A stretch of DNA of 64,000 bases from Chitinophagaceae bacterium (GCA_044353665.1 JBILBN010000002.1:6263-70262); one strand, 5' to 3'; shown: positions 1 through 10,402, counted from the stretch's first letter. Numbers and translations: made by a program. Notes: generated by a model not told the origin, from the sequence alone.

Positions 1-185
1 TTTCTTTTTCTAATAAAAAGAGTATTCGTCGATTTATGCCAAATCTACAAAAGAAACGTTTCTTTTTAGTAGAAGAAGATAAATGGATCGTTTTAAAATT
101 AACAACAGACGCTATGCGTACTATTAATAAACAAGGTTTGTTCAACGTCGTAAAAAGATTACGTGCTGAAGGTCAAAAAATCTAA
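1..185 (+). CDS. rpmB: 50S ribosomal protein L28, C-terminal part (5' end outside window)
   Basis: Frame from position 3 reads ...SIRRFMPNLQKKRFFLVEEDKWIVLKLTTDAMRTINKQGLFNVVKRLRAEGQKI, with stop TAA at 183-185. L28-like PNLxxxRF core. Lies directly upstream of rpmG. Confidence 0.8.
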   Translation, partial: SFSNKKSIRRFMPNLQKKRFFLVEEDKWIVLKLTTDAMRTINKQGLFNVVKRLRAEGQKI

Positions 186-210
186 GTCCAAACAATAAAA
201 AATAACTAAA

Positions 211-393
211 ATGGCAAAAAAAGGCAATAGAGTTCAAGTAATATTAGAATGTACAGAACATAAAGATTCAGGTTTACCTGGAACAAGTCGTTACATTACT
301 CAAAAAAATAAAAAAAATACTCCTGAGCGTATTGAGTTGAAAAAACTTAATCCTATCATGAAAAAATATACTGTTCACAAAGAAATTAAATAA
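211..393 (+). CDS. rpmG: 50S ribosomal protein L33
   Basis: 60-aa [21 protein letters not shown]...[18 protein letters not shown], a typical L33 sequence. Follows rpmB. Confidence 0.95.
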   Translation: MAKKGNRVQVILECTEHKDSGLPGTSRYITQKNKKNTPERIELKKLNPIMKKYTVHKEIK

Positions 394-400
394 TTAAACC

Positions 401-574
401 ATGGCAAAAGCAGCTTCAAAAAACTCGAAAATTAAAGATTTAAAAGCTTCAGCAGAAGCTAAAAACTGGACAAAAGTAATTCGTGCAGTTCGTAGCCCAA
501 AAACTGGCGCCTATACTTTTAAAGAACAAATTATTCACAAAGAAAAAGTGCAAGCGCATTTAGCTGGTAAATAA
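401..574 (+). CDS. DUF4295-family small protein (57 aa)
   Basis: Absent from the ORF track because it is under 60 aa. ATG at 401 and TAA at 572-574. Encodes MAKAASKNSKIKDLKASAEAKNWTKVIRAVRSPKTGAYTFKEQIIHKEKVQAHLAGK. The KSPKTGAY(S/T)FKE core and the position after rpmB-rpmG are characteristic of Bacteroidota DUF4295. Confidence 0.7.
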   Translation: MAKAASKNSKIKDLKASAEAKNWTKVIRAVRSPKTGAYTFKEQIIHKEKVQAHLAGK

Positions 575-593
575 TTTTCAATAAATATTATTG

Positions 594-627
594 AAAAAAG
601 CTACTCAAATGAGTAGCTTTTTTTATT
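594..627 (+). terminator. Rho-independent terminator after the rpmB-rpmG-DUF4295 unit
   Basis: Stem AGCTACTC / GAGTAGCT with loop AAAT, followed by a T-run. Confidence 0.8.
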
Positions 628-726
628 TCCATATTTCTAACCAGATTTTTTTTTGCTTGTCAATAAAAAATTCAATAGCCATTTTTTATTCTTAATCCAT
701 TGCAGAGAAATTAAAAATAAGTGCGT

Positions 727-760
727 AAAAAAAGAGTAGTCGTGAAACTACTCTTTTTTT
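727..760. terminator. Bidirectional hairpin terminator downstream of hppD
   Basis: Perfect palindrome AAAAAAAGAGTAGT-cgtgaa-ACTACTCTTTTTTT, with an A-run and a T-run on either side. Confidence 0.75.
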
Positions 761-775
761 ATAGTGACCTATTGA

Positions 776-1867
776 TTACAAATTCCCTCTAGCGTGTTGT
801 TCTAGTTCTAAAGCTTCAAACAAAGCTTTAAAGTTTCCTTTACCAAAGCTTTTTGCTCCTTTTCGTTGAATAATTTCAAAAAACATAGTAGGCCGATCTT
901 CTACTGGTTTGGTAAAAATTTGAAGCAAATAGCCTTCTTCATCTTTATCAATTAAAATGCCTAGGTCACTTAATGGTTTTAAATCTTCGTCAATTTTACC
1001 AACTCGATCTAATACTGTTTCATAATACGTAGCAGGAATTTTTAAAAACTCAACGCCTCTATTTTTTAAATCGGTAACGGTCTCAATGATGTTATGGGTA
1101 GCAACCGCAATATGTTGAACGCCTTCACCTTCATAAAAATCTAAATATTCTTCTACTTGTGATTTTTTCTTTCCTTCTGCTGGTTCGTTAATTGGGAATT
1201 TAACGTATCCATTTCCATTGCTCATCACTTTACTCATTAAAGCTGAATATTCGGTTGAGATATCCTTGTCATCAAAGCTTAAAATATTTTTAAAACCCAT
1301 TACGTCTTCGTAAAATTTAACCCATGGATTCATTTGATCCCAGCCTACATTTCCTACACAGTGATCAACAAATAATAACCCTGCTGGTTTTGGATTGTAT
1401 TCACTTTTCAATTCTATAAACCCTGGCATAAATGCTCCTTTATAATTTTTACGTTCTACAAATACATGCACAACTTCTCCATAGGTATGAATTCCTGCCA
1501 TGCGAACTTCTCCATGATCATCTGTTAATGTAGTGGGCTCCATATATGATTTTGCTCCTCTGCTCATGGTTTCTTCATACGATTTATACGCATCATCTAC
1601 CCAAAGTGCCAATACTTTTACGCCATCGCCATGTTTTTTGTGGTGTTCTGCAATTGGATGATTCGAGTTTAACGGAGATGTCAATACCAATCGTATTTTA
1701 TCTTGTACTAAAACATACGATGATCTATCTCGAACACCTGTTTCGGGACCGGCATAAGCTAGTGCTTGAAAGCCAAAGGCCGTTTTGTAGTAATGAGCGG
1801 CTTGCTTTGCATTGCCTACATATAATTCGATGTAATCGGTTCCGTTTAATGGTAAAAAGTCTGTCAT
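776..1867 (-). CDS. hppD: 4-hydroxyphenylpyruvate dioxygenase
   Basis: 363 aa. Two-domain VOC-fold sequence (DYIELYVGNAKQAAHYY...; HIAVATHNI...; FFEIIQRKG) typical of HPPD. Adjacent to hmgA. Confidence 0.92.
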   Translation of the reverse strand: MTDFLPLNGTDYIELYVGNAKQAAHYYKTAFGFQALAYAGPETGVRDRSSYVLVQDKIRLVLTSPLNSNHPIAEHHKKHGDGVKVLALWVDDAYKSYEETMSRGAKSYMEPTTLTDDHGEVRMAGIHTYGEVVHVFVERKNYKGAFMPGFIELKSEYNPKPAGLLFVDHCVGNVGWDQMNPWVKFYEDVMGFKNILSFDDKDISTEYSALMSKVMSNGNGYVKFPINEPAEGKKKSQVEEYLDFYEGEGVQHIAVATHNIIETVTDLKNRGVEFLKIPATYYETVLDRVGKIDEDLKPLSDLGILIDKDEEGYLLQIFTKPVEDRPTMFFEIIQRKGAKSFGKGNFKALFEALELEQHARGNL

Positions 1868-2052
1868 TTTAAAAGTTTTTAATTATTAGTGTTTAGTTTT
1901 TTAGTTGGTTGTGATTTTTAGTAAAATAGTACGTTTATGTTAAAAGCTGAAAAAAAAATGCTGTTGAACGGAGCGTCGCAATTGAGATGATTAAAGTCGA
2001 TGTCGATGATTTCAAAAAAATATATTTTAAAAAATTCAACTTTCCTCATTAT

Positions 2053-3210
2053 TTACTCTGCCCAACTCATTTCATAATTTTCGTCTTCAATTTCTACTGC
2101 ATAATTGGTGAGGTGCAATGGTCTAAAAGTATCGACCATTACGGCTAGTTCAGGCGTTTCTTTTTTACCGATACTTTTTTCTACAGCTCCTGGATGTGGT
2201 CCATGCGGAATGCCACTTGGGTGTAAGGTAATCATGCCTTTTTCGACGTGTTTACGACTCATAAATTCGCCATCGACGTAGTATAAAACTTCATCACTGT
2301 CAATATTGCTATGATTATAAGGCGCAGGAATTGAATCAGGATGATAGTCGTATAAACGAGGAACAAATGAGCATATTACAAAGTCTTTACCATCAAAGGT
2401 TTGATGAACGGGAGGCGGCTGATGCACTCGTCCAGTAATGGGTTCGAAATCGTGGATTGAGAAAATATATGGATATTCAAAACCATCCCAACCGACCACA
2501 TCAAATGGATGTGTGCCATAGGTTATGGGATAAAGCAATCCTTTCTTTTTGGTGTAGATGATAAATTCTCCGGTTTCGTCGTGGGTTTTTAAATTTTGTG
2601 GTTTACGAATATCTCGTTCACAAAAAGGAGCATGTTCCATGAGTTGACCTTCGGTTGTTTTATATCGTTTAGGAAAACGAATGGGTCCGAACGACTCTAC
2701 AATAAACAAGCGATTTTCGGGTGTATCAAATGTGATTTGATAGATTGTTCCTCTTGGAATGACAATATAATCTCCGTAAGAGAAAGGCAATTCGCCATAT
2801 TGTGTTAATACTTTTCCCGTTCCTACATGAATGAAAATGACTTCATCTGCATCCGCATTTTTATAAAAATAGGTTGTCATGCTTTCTTGAGGCGCCGCTA
2901 ACGTAATGTGGCAATCACTATTTACGAGCACAGGTTTTCTACTTTCTAAATAGTCTGCAATCGGTTTTATTTTAAAGCCTTGAAAACTTCTGTGTTTCAA
3001 AATATTATCTGTTGCTATGACCGGATTTATATCTTTAGGCTTTTCTGATTTAATAATCATAGTGGGTGGATGAACATGATAGAGTAAAGAGTAGTTGTAA
3101 TTAAACCCTTCTGTACTAAACAGTTGTTCACTGTACAATCCTCCATCCGGTTTTCTGAATTGGGTATGTCGCTTGTGTGGAATATTGCCTAATGAATAAT
3201 AATGTGCCAT
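2053..3210 (-). CDS. hmgA: Homogentisate 1,2-dioxygenase
   Basis: 385 aa. N-terminus is MAHYYSLGNIPHKRHTQFRKPDGGLYSEQLFSTEGF, and the sequence contains a ...HPSGIPHGPHPG motif typical of the HGD family. Confidence 0.92.
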   Translation of the reverse strand: MAHYYSLGNIPHKRHTQFRKPDGGLYSEQLFSTEGFNYNYSLLYHVHPPTMIIKSEKPKDINPVIATDNILKHRSFQGFKIKPIADYLESRKPVLVNSDCHITLAAPQESMTTYFYKNADADEVIFIHVGTGKVLTQYGELPFSYGDYIVIPRGTIYQITFDTPENRLFIVESFGPIRFPKRYKTTEGQLMEHAPFCERDIRKPQNLKTHDETGEFIIYTKKKGLLYPITYGTHPFDVVGWDGFEYPYIFSIHDFEPITGRVHQPPPVHQTFDGKDFVICSFVPRLYDYHPDSIPAPYNHSNIDSDEVLYYVDGEFMSRKHVEKGMITLHPSGIPHGPHPGAVEKSIGKKETPELAVMVDTFRPLHLTNYAVEIEDENYEMSWAE

Positions 3211-3214
3211 CCTT

Positions 3215-3242
3215 TAGAATTATGATTTTAGAATTATGATTT
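3215..3242. repeat. Perfect tandem duplication of the 14-mer TAGAATTATGATTT
   Basis: Copies at 3215-3228 and 3229-3242 are identical. They lie 5 nt upstream of the hmgA start on the minus strand. Confidence 0.9.
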
Positions 3243-3382
3243 TTTTATGTTCTTAATTCGAATTTAAAAAATTTAATTGATAGCAAAAATATGGTTTTTA
3301 ATTGAATAGAATGAAAATTTTAAGTCATGATAAATATCAGTTTGGATTTTTTTGTACTAGAAATGATTTGTATTTTTGTAAT

Positions 3383-4330
3383 ATGCGTAATATAAAAATC
3401 ATAGAAGTAAAATCTGAAATTGGAGCTGGAACACGAGGAGCAAGTTTAGGTATTGATGCGTTAAAAATAGCCGCGTTGGATTTTATGAGTAACTTTTTTG
3501 TAAATTTTCCAAGTGATAAAGTAGAAACTGAAAATGATTTGTTATATGAACCTGTTGGAAGTCCTTATGCTAAACGAATTAAAGGCATAAAAACAATTTA
3601 TGAACGAGTTGCAGCAGCAGTTGAAACAAATTTAAAATCAGGTTTATTTCCGTTGGTTTTAGCTGGCGACCACAGCAGTGCAGGTGGCACCATTGCAGGT
3701 ATAAAAATGGCAAAACCTAAAAGTAGATTAGGTATAGTTTGGATTGATGCGCATGCCGATATGCACACACCCTTTACATCACCAAGTGGCAATATGCACG
3801 GTATGCCTCTTGCGATTTCATTGGGTGAAGATAATAAAGAAAGTAAAGTACATAATCCAGATGCCGAGACATTGAAACTTTGGAATGATTTAAAAAACAT
3901 TGGTTCAATTTGTCCTAAAATTTTACCCGAAGACATTGTTTTTATAGCATTAAGAGATACGGAAAAAGAAGAAGATCATTTATTGAAAAAACATGGTATT
4001 AAAGTAATTCCTGTTTCGGAAGTTAGAAAAAAAGGGGTTGCTCATGTGGTTCGTCAAACATTATTGAGTTTACAAAAATGCGATGATATTTATGTTTCAT
4101 TTGATGTAGACAGTTTGGATAGTAGTATTTCAAGAGGAACAGGAACTCCTGTGCCCAATGGTTTGAAAGAACGTGAAGCTGAAGATATTTTAGCTTCATT
4201 AATGCAAAATCATAAAATTTGTTGTTTTGAAATAACAGAAGTGAATCCAACTTTAGATAAAGAAAATTTAATGGCCGAAATAGCCTTTAATATTTTGCAA
4301 CGCAGTGTGAATATTCTTTTAATGAATTAA
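3383..4330 (+). CDS. Arginase/ureohydrolase-family protein (arginase or formimidoylglutamase-like)
   Basis: Metal-binding motifs AGDHSSAGG, WIDAHADMHTP and SFDVDSLD. I chose the ATG at 3383 (MRNIKIIEV...) rather than the TTG at 3302 given in the track. Confidence 0.8.
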   Translation: MRNIKIIEVKSEIGAGTRGASLGIDALKIAALDFMSNFFVNFPSDKVETENDLLYEPVGSPYAKRIKGIKTIYERVAAAVETNLKSGLFPLVLAGDHSSAGGTIAGIKMAKPKSRLGIVWIDAHADMHTPFTSPSGNMHGMPLAISLGEDNKESKVHNPDAETLKLWNDLKNIGSICPKILPEDIVFIALRDTEKEEDHLLKKHGIKVIPVSEVRKKGVAHVVRQTLLSLQKCDDIYVSFDVDSLDSSISRGTGTPVPNGLKEREAEDILASLMQNHKICCFEITEVNPTLDKENLMAEIAFNILQRSVNILLMN

Positions 4331-5443
4331 CGAATTATAAATTTCATTTATTTTATTTCCAACACTTTCATAGCTATACTTTTGTATCGCTTTCGTTGCT
4401 ATTTCAATAGAATTGTAATTTAATTTATTTTCGATAATCTCATTCATTGCGTCTGATAATTGTTGAACATTATTTGACTCTATAAGAATGCCATTTTCTT
4501 TTGAAATAATTTCAGGAATACCTCCTACATGAGTAGCAATTACTGGCACTCCACAGCATAAAGATTCAATTATTACACAAGGTGAATTTTCAATTTTACT
4601 ATTTATAATTATACAATTTCCTTTTTGAATCAATTTCGCAACTTCTGCATATTCAATTTCGCCCACAAACTTTATTTTGTCTTTAATATGTATAAAATCT
4701 TTAATTAATTTATCAATATCAGATTGTTCCCCTCCAATGATTATTAATTCTATTTTATTTTGCTTATTTAGTAATTTTTCAAAAGCGTGTAAAATTCCAA
4801 TTACATTTTTATTTGTTGATAAATTTGAAACATGAACAAATTGAAATATTGAATTATCATCTTTGGTTTGATGATAAAATAAATTAGTATCAACAACATT
4901 GTTAGCAATTTCTACATTTATATCACAAACTTCTTTTTTGATACCTTCAGCTATAAAATTACTCACAGAAATTAATAATTCAGCATATTTAAAAACCTGT
5001 TTACAAACAAATTGGTATAGGTTACTTCTGTTTGAAAAACGATCATCGATTTTATCATTGTAAATCCCATAGTGTTCTGTAATAACATAAGGTATGTTGT
5101 ATATTTTTTTCCAAATAAGCGCCATTATACCTGCATTCATAGTGACTTGAACATGTACTAAATCAATTTTATTTTTAAATTGTCTTCTTATTTTTTGATG
5201 AATAAAATAAAAGAATAAAAAATCAAAAAGTTTATTTTTCCTCTTCACATAAAAAATATGTTCTGTTAAATTTTCATTTACAGTGGTAACAGTAGCATTG
5301 TCCTCATCACAAAATACAACATGAACCACATCAATTTTACAAAATTTCGAAGTGGCCACAGCTTGACGTTGCACAAAATCACCTCGAAATTTATCTACTT
5401 CGTTAGGATACCAACTGCAAAGCCAAAGAATATGTTTCATCAT
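4319..5443 (-). CDS. Glycosyltransferase, GT4/GT1-fold
   Basis: 374 aa. The C-terminal half carries the ...ENSPCVIIESLCCGVPVIATHVGGIPEII... (E-x7-E-like) motif of GT4 enzymes. Confidence 0.75.
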   Translation of the reverse strand: MMKHILWLCSWYPNEVDKFRGDFVQRQAVATSKFCKIDVVHVVFCDEDNATVTTVNENLTEHIFYVKRKNKLFDFLFFYFIHQKIRRQFKNKIDLVHVQVTMNAGIMALIWKKIYNIPYVITEHYGIYNDKIDDRFSNRSNLYQFVCKQVFKYAELLISVSNFIAEGIKKEVCDINVEIANNVVDTNLFYHQTKDDNSIFQFVHVSNLSTNKNVIGILHAFEKLLNKQNKIELIIIGGEQSDIDKLIKDFIHIKDKIKFVGEIEYAEVAKLIQKGNCIIINSKIENSPCVIIESLCCGVPVIATHVGGIPEIISKENGILIESNNVQQLSDAMNEIIENKLNYNSIEIATKAIQKYSYESVGNKINEIYNSLIH

Positions 5444-5536
5444 TTATCAGTGTGTGAAAATACAAACAAATATGTTTGTGAATGATTCCTTTTTTTAAAA
5501 TATTAAAACAGAATTGCCTCTTTACCGAAAATATTC

Positions 5537-6694
5537 GTGAAATTGCAAGTCTATTCAATGGTTGCAATCCTTATTTTTATATCTGTGGTGTTTTTTTTGT
5601 GCTATGCAGCACTCATTTTTTATTATAAAAATGGTTGGGCACATTTGCCTGACTTTTTAATTAATAAGCATTACACTCCCACTACAAAAGTTAGCATTAT
5701 TATTCCTGCAAGAAATGAAGAATTAAATATAAAACACTTATTAAAGGATATTTTATCGCAATACTACCCTACTCATTTGATGGAAATAATTGTTGTAGAT
5801 GATCATTCAACAGACCATACCGCTCAAATTATTCAATCGTTTCAAGGCGTAAAATATATTGACTTATCAGACCATACGAATGGAAAAATTTTAAATGCAT
5901 ATAAAAAGAAAGCCATTGAAACAGCCATTGCACAAAGCGAAGGCGACTTAATAGTGACTACAGATGCCGACTGCAGAATGGGCGCTTATTGGTTGTTGAG
6001 CTTGGTTCAATTTTTTGAAAAATACAAACATCAATTTATTGCGGCACCTGTTCAATTTGCCAATAACGGTTCCTTCTTTCAAACTTTTCAATCGTTGGAT
6101 TTTATGACAATGCAAGGCATAACGGGCGCTATTGTAAATAACCAAAGTGGTACAATGTGTAACGGTGCTAATTTAGCCTACACAAAAAAAGCATTTAATG
6201 CAGTGGGTGGTTTTAAAGATATTGATGACATTGCCAGTGGCGATGATATGTTATTGATGTATAAAATTGATCAAAAATATCCTGCACGAACTGGTTTTTT
6301 AAAATGCTCCGAAGCTATTGTAACCACTGCTCCCATGCACAATTTAAAAAGCTTTTTGCAACAGCGAATTCGTTGGGCTTCGAAAGCATCCAAGTTTAAA
6401 GACAAACGAATAAAATTAGTATTGGGATTAGTCTATTTTTTTAATTTGACTTTTTTAATGCTTCAACTTTTCTCATTGCAGAATAGCAAAAATTTAATCA
6501 CTTTTTTTGGACTCCTCATTTTAAAAGCAGCAATCGAATTTTCTTTTTTAAAACCTGTGAGTCAATTTTTTAAGAAAGAAAAAGAACTGTATCCTTTTTT
6601 TATCTTGCAGTTTATTCATATTCCCTATATTTTAATTTCAGGTTTAATGGGGCAGTTTGGAACCTATCGTTGGAAAGAAAGAATCGTAAAATAA
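5537..6694 (+). CDS. Membrane-anchored family 2 glycosyltransferase
   Basis: N-terminal TM segment, then VSIIIPARNEE...VVDDHSTD...TDADC...QRIRWA (GT2 DxD and QxxRW-like motifs), then C-terminal TM segments. The start is uncertain: GTG at 5537 or ATG at 5558. Confidence 0.75.
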   Translation: MKLQVYSMVAILIFISVVFFLCYAALIFYYKNGWAHLPDFLINKHYTPTTKVSIIIPARNEELNIKHLLKDILSQYYPTHLMEIIVVDDHSTDHTAQIIQSFQGVKYIDLSDHTNGKILNAYKKKAIETAIAQSEGDLIVTTDADCRMGAYWLLSLVQFFEKYKHQFIAAPVQFANNGSFFQTFQSLDFMTMQGITGAIVNNQSGTMCNGANLAYTKKAFNAVGGFKDIDDIASGDDMLLMYKIDQKYPARTGFLKCSEAIVTTAPMHNLKSFLQQRIRWASKASKFKDKRIKLVLGLVYFFNLTFLMLQLFSLQNSKNLITFFGLLILKAAIEFSFLKPVSQFFKKEKELYPFFILQFIHIPYILISGLMGQFGTYRWKERIVK

Positions 6695-6719
6695 TATTTA
6701 ATAATTAATTTTTAATTAA

Positions 6720-7829
6720 ATGTCAACAGAAAAAAACAATTCCCGATTTTGGAAACGCTTTCGTAAAAACAAAGCGGCAATGGTAGCCTTGTGTTTTATT
6801 TTTTTGACGATTTTAATTGCATTATTTGCGTATCCACTTTCGCCAGACAATACGCCCAATGCGAACAGAATGATAGTGGAAATTAGCACTCAAAAACCAG
6901 GTTATGCTTGTTTGTTTTTAAAAAAAACCAAAAACCAAATTATAGAACCCAACAATGCTTTTCAATTTTTATTGAACGGAAAAGAAACGAACTATGATTT
7001 AATTCCTATAAAAAATTATGTTTTAAAAAATGATTCTATTTTAGTCAATCATATTATTGATGATGAAACACAAGAGCCACTTATATTTTCTTTGAAAGAA
7101 TTGAATATGGCTACTTCTCTTCCAAAAGCTGAAATTGAAAAACAACTCATCATTAAAAAAACATTTTGGCTTGGTACCGACAGGTTTGGTCGGGACATGC
7201 TTTCTCGATTACTCATTGGCACTCGTGTGAGTTTAGCCGTTGGCTTTATTGCCGTAATTTTATCTGTATTGATTGGCTTATTTTTAGGAGCCGTAAGTGG
7301 TTATTTTGGTGGTTGGTCTGATCAAGTAATCACTTGGCTTATCAATGTGATTTGGGCAATTCCTACACTCCTTTTAGTGTTTGCAATTACGTTTGTTTTA
7401 GGCAAAGGCTTTTGGCAAATATTTATTGCAGTGGGTTTAACCATGTGGGTTGGCACAGCTCGATTAATTCGTGGACAAGTGATGTCGCTAAAAGAACTCG
7501 AATATATTCAAGTGGCTAAAACGATGGGTTACTCCTCCTTTAGAATTATTTTAAAACATATTTTACCCAATGTATTAGGGCCAACTATGGTGATGGCAGC
7601 AAGCAATTTTGCAACAGCTATTTTGATTGAAGCTGGTTTAAGTTTTTTAGGCATAGGTGTTCAACCACCAGTTTCATCTTGGGGTTTAATGATCAAAGAA
7701 AATTACAATTTTATTATTACCAATCGCCCATTGTTGGCAATTATTCCTGGCATTGCCATTATGCTCATTGTGCTTGCATTTAATATTTTAGGCAATGCCT
7801 TAAGGGATGCATTGGATGTAAAAGGTTGA
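6720..7829 (+). CDS. ABC transporter permease (DppC/OppC-like)
   Basis: 369 aa and polytopic. Carries the EAA-loop region ...VAKTMGYSSFRIILKHILPNVLGP... typical of binding-protein-dependent permeases. No partner ABC genes lie nearby. Confidence 0.8.
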   Translation: MSTEKNNSRFWKRFRKNKAAMVALCFIFLTILIALFAYPLSPDNTPNANRMIVEISTQKPGYACLFLKKTKNQIIEPNNAFQFLLNGKETNYDLIPIKNYVLKNDSILVNHIIDDETQEPLIFSLKELNMATSLPKAEIEKQLIIKKTFWLGTDRFGRDMLSRLLIGTRVSLAVGFIAVILSVLIGLFLGAVSGYFGGWSDQVITWLINVIWAIPTLLLVFAITFVLGKGFWQIFIAVGLTMWVGTARLIRGQVMSLKELEYIQVAKTMGYSSFRIILKHILPNVLGPTMVMAASNFATAILIEAGLSFLGIGVQPPVSSWGLMIKENYNFIITNRPLLAIIPGIAIMLIVLAFNILGNALRDALDVKG

Positions 7830-7839
7830 TTTTAGCAAT

Positions 7840-9144
7840 TTACTGACTACTATCCAATCCAGCTTTATATACTTCCAAACATCTTTTTCTTGCAAAATCG
7901 TGTTCTACAATGGGTTTAGGATATGTAAAATCTTCAAATTCGGGAACCCATTTTTTGATGTATTTTAAGTCTTTATCAAATTTAGCCGTTTGCAAATAAG
8001 GATTAAAAACTCTAAAATAAGGAGCCGCATCACAACCACTACCTGCAGCCCATTGCCACCCACCATTGTTTGACGCCAAATCAAAATCATTTAGTTTCAA
8101 CGCAAAATAAGATTCTCCCCAACGCCAATCGATTAATAAATGTTTGGTCAAAAATGAAGCCACAACCATTCTCACTCGGTTGTGCATCCAACCTGTTTCG
8201 TTCAACTCTCGCATGCCTGCATCTACAATTGGATAGCCGGTTTGACCAGCACACCAAGCATTAAACTCTTGCTCATTATTTCGCCATTGAATGTTGTCGT
8301 ATTTTGATTTAAATGATTGATTGACAACTTTGGGAAAATGCCAAATAATGGTTTGGTAAAAGTCTCTCCAAATTAATTCATTCAAATATTTTTCATTTAT
8401 CTGCAAGGCATTTTTTGCCAATTGACGAATGCTAATGGTTCCAAAACGAAGATGAATACTCATTTTTGTGGTTCCTTCAATCGATGGAATATCCCTGGTG
8501 TTGTGGTAATCTGTAATGATGTGTTTATTAAAATCGGTTGATGAAAATATTTTTCCCGACTGCGCAAAACCCAATTCGCTTAAACTGGGAAAGTAAAATG
8601 CTTTCGTTTTAAAAAAATGATGGGCATACGTTTTTGTTGGATATTCTTTTAAAAAGTAATCATTCAATTTTGCTTTCCATTTTTTACTGAACGGGGTAAA
8701 AACCGTGTAAGGCAATCCATCCTCTTTTACCACTTCATTTTTTTCAAAAATAACTTGGTCTTTAAATGTTTTAAATTCAATCTGTTTTTTTTGCAATAAA
8801 TGTTGAATTGCCGAATCTCGTTGTTGAGCATAGGGTTCATAATCATGATTCGTATAAACAGCTTCAATTTCATAATCCTTCATTAATATTTCAAATGCTT
8901 CTTGCGGTGTTGAATGAAATATTTTCAAAGACGAATGGTGTTGTATTAATGTTTCTTGAATATTCATTAACGCTTCATGAATAAATTCAACCCGTGCATC
9001 GTTTTTAGGCAATTCTTGTAAAATTGTTTTATCAAAAATAAAAATGGGCAACACATTTGTATGTGCTTTTAACGCATTAAACAAGCCTGCATTATCATTC
9101 CATCTCAAATCTCTTCTAAACCAAAAAACAGTAACTTTTACCAT
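7840..9144 (-). CDS. Deoxyribodipyrimidine photolyase / cryptochrome-family protein
   Basis: 434 aa. Has the N-terminal WFRRDLRWNDNAGL motif and a C-terminal FAD-binding region (GWMHNRVRMVVASFL...DWRWGE...NNGGWQW). Confidence 0.88.
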   Translation of the reverse strand: MVKVTVFWFRRDLRWNDNAGLFNALKAHTNVLPIFIFDKTILQELPKNDARVEFIHEALMNIQETLIQHHSSLKIFHSTPQEAFEILMKDYEIEAVYTNHDYEPYAQQRDSAIQHLLQKKQIEFKTFKDQVIFEKNEVVKEDGLPYTVFTPFSKKWKAKLNDYFLKEYPTKTYAHHFFKTKAFYFPSLSELGFAQSGKIFSSTDFNKHIITDYHNTRDIPSIEGTTKMSIHLRFGTISIRQLAKNALQINEKYLNELIWRDFYQTIIWHFPKVVNQSFKSKYDNIQWRNNEQEFNAWCAGQTGYPIVDAGMRELNETGWMHNRVRMVVASFLTKHLLIDWRWGESYFALKLNDFDLASNNGGWQWAAGSGCDAAPYFRVFNPYLQTAKFDKDLKYIKKWVPEFEDFTYPKPIVEHDFARKRCLEVYKAGLDSSQ

Positions 9145-9270
9145 TTGTGCAATTTATAAAATAATCAATCATGCTGCACATCAATTCTATTTATCGTTGA
9201 TTTTTTATGAAAAAGCATACTTTCTAGCTTTAATCCGAATAAAAAATGCTTTTTTTGGGTATAATTTAGT

Positions 9271-9278
9271 TACTTTTG
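9271..9278 (+). promoter_or_regulatory. Bacteroidota -7 promoter box TACTTTTG for queA
   Basis: Exact match to the TAnnTTTG consensus, 19 nt upstream of the queA ATG. Confidence 0.45.
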
Positions 9279-9296
9279 CACACTTAAAAAAAATAA

Positions 9297-10346
9297 ATGA
9301 AATTAACTCAGTTTACATACGATTTACCCTTAAACTTAATTGCTCAATATCCTTCTAAAAATAGAGATGAAAGCAAGTTGATGGTTGTTCATAAAGATAC
9401 TGGCGTCATTGAACACAAAATGTTTAAAGATGTGTTAGATTATTTTGACGATAAAGATGTAATGATTGCGAATAATACCAAAGTTTTTAATGCAAGATTA
9501 TATGGTCGTAAAGAAAAAACAGGTGCAAAAATTGAAGTTTTTTTATTAAGGGAGTTAAACAAGCAAAATCGTTTGTGGGATGTAATTGTGGAGCCTGCCC
9601 GTAAAATTCGTGTTGGCAACAAACTTTATTTTGGAGAAGACAATTCATTGGTTGCTGAAGTGGTTGACAATACCACTTCGAGAGGACGTACCATTCGATT
9701 TTTATTTGATGGAACAAACGAAGAATTAAAAGTTATTTTAGACAACATGGGAGAAACGCCATTGCCTAAATACATTAAACGGGAGCCCGAAGATTCTGAT
9801 AAAGAAAGATATCAAACGGTATATGCAAAAAAAGAAGGTGCTGTTGCAGCCCCTACTGCTGGTTTACATTTTAGCAGAGAGTTGATTAAACGTGCCGAAA
9901 TTAAAGGAGTTCGTTTTGCTGAAGTTACCTTGCACACCGGGTTAGGCACATTTAGGCCCATTGAAGTGGAAGATATTTCTAAACATAAAATGGACGCTGA
10001 GTATTATGAAGTGGATGATTATGCTTGCAAAATTGTAAATAAAGCGAAAGAAGACGGTCGTAAAATTTGTGCCATCGGAACAACTTCTATTCGTGCATTA
10101 GAATCATCGATTACCACAACGGGTATGTTGAAACCATCAGAAGGCTGGACGAATATTTTTATTCATCCTCCGTATAATTTTTCATTGACCAATTCATTAA
10201 TTACTAATTTTCATCTTCCTAAAACAAGTTTATTAATTATGGTATCTGCATTTATGGGACATGAATTGACCATGGAAGCATACAAACAAGCGATTAAAAA
10301 TAAATACAGATTCTTTAGTTATGGCGATGCCATGTTGATTATTTAA
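9297..10346 (+). CDS. queA: S-adenosylmethionine:tRNA ribosyltransferase-isomerase
   Basis: 349 aa. Contains [19 protein letters not shown]...[10 protein letters not shown]...[10 protein letters not shown], the canonical QueA motifs. Confidence 0.93.
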   Translation: MKLTQFTYDLPLNLIAQYPSKNRDESKLMVVHKDTGVIEHKMFKDVLDYFDDKDVMIANNTKVFNARLYGRKEKTGAKIEVFLLRELNKQNRLWDVIVEPARKIRVGNKLYFGEDNSLVAEVVDNTTSRGRTIRFLFDGTNEELKVILDNMGETPLPKYIKREPEDSDKERYQTVYAKKEGAVAAPTAGLHFSRELIKRAEIKGVRFAEVTLHTGLGTFRPIEVEDISKHKMDAEYYEVDDYACKIVNKAKEDGRKICAIGTTSIRALESSITTTGMLKPSEGWTNIFIHPPYNFSLTNSLITNFHLPKTSLLIMVSAFMGHELTMEAYKQAIKNKYRFFSYGDAMLII

Positions 10347-10370
10347 TTGTATTTAGAAAATATATTCGTA

Positions 10371-10402
10371 AAAACTGCTCAAATTTTTGAGCAGTTTTTT
10401 TT
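10371..10402 (+). terminator. Rho-independent terminator after queA
   Basis: AAAACTGCTCAAA / TTTGAGCAGTTTT hairpin followed by a T-run. Confidence 0.8.

Noticed and set aside
1546-1872. 108-aa plus-strand ORF inside hppD, together with similar antisense ORFs: 2596..2808, 3598..3936, 4023..4250, 5948..6145, 8070..8264, 9440..9717, 11389..12229, 27249..27643 and 29091..29363.
   Set aside because: All are embedded antisense or out of frame within longer ORFs that have clear family motifs. Such shadow ORFs are expected in AT-rich genomes.
4319-4330. A 12-nt overlap of the convergent arginase-family and GT4 gene ends with no terminator between them.
   Set aside because: The overlap is real, but small convergent overlaps are common. 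Nothing in the sequence suggests a regulatory role.
9044-9358. 104-aa plus-strand ORF bridging the photolyase start and the queA start.
   Set aside because: It overlaps the photolyase N-terminus in antisense and runs out of frame into queA. The region is better explained as the divergent promoter region (TACTTTTG box at 9271-9278).
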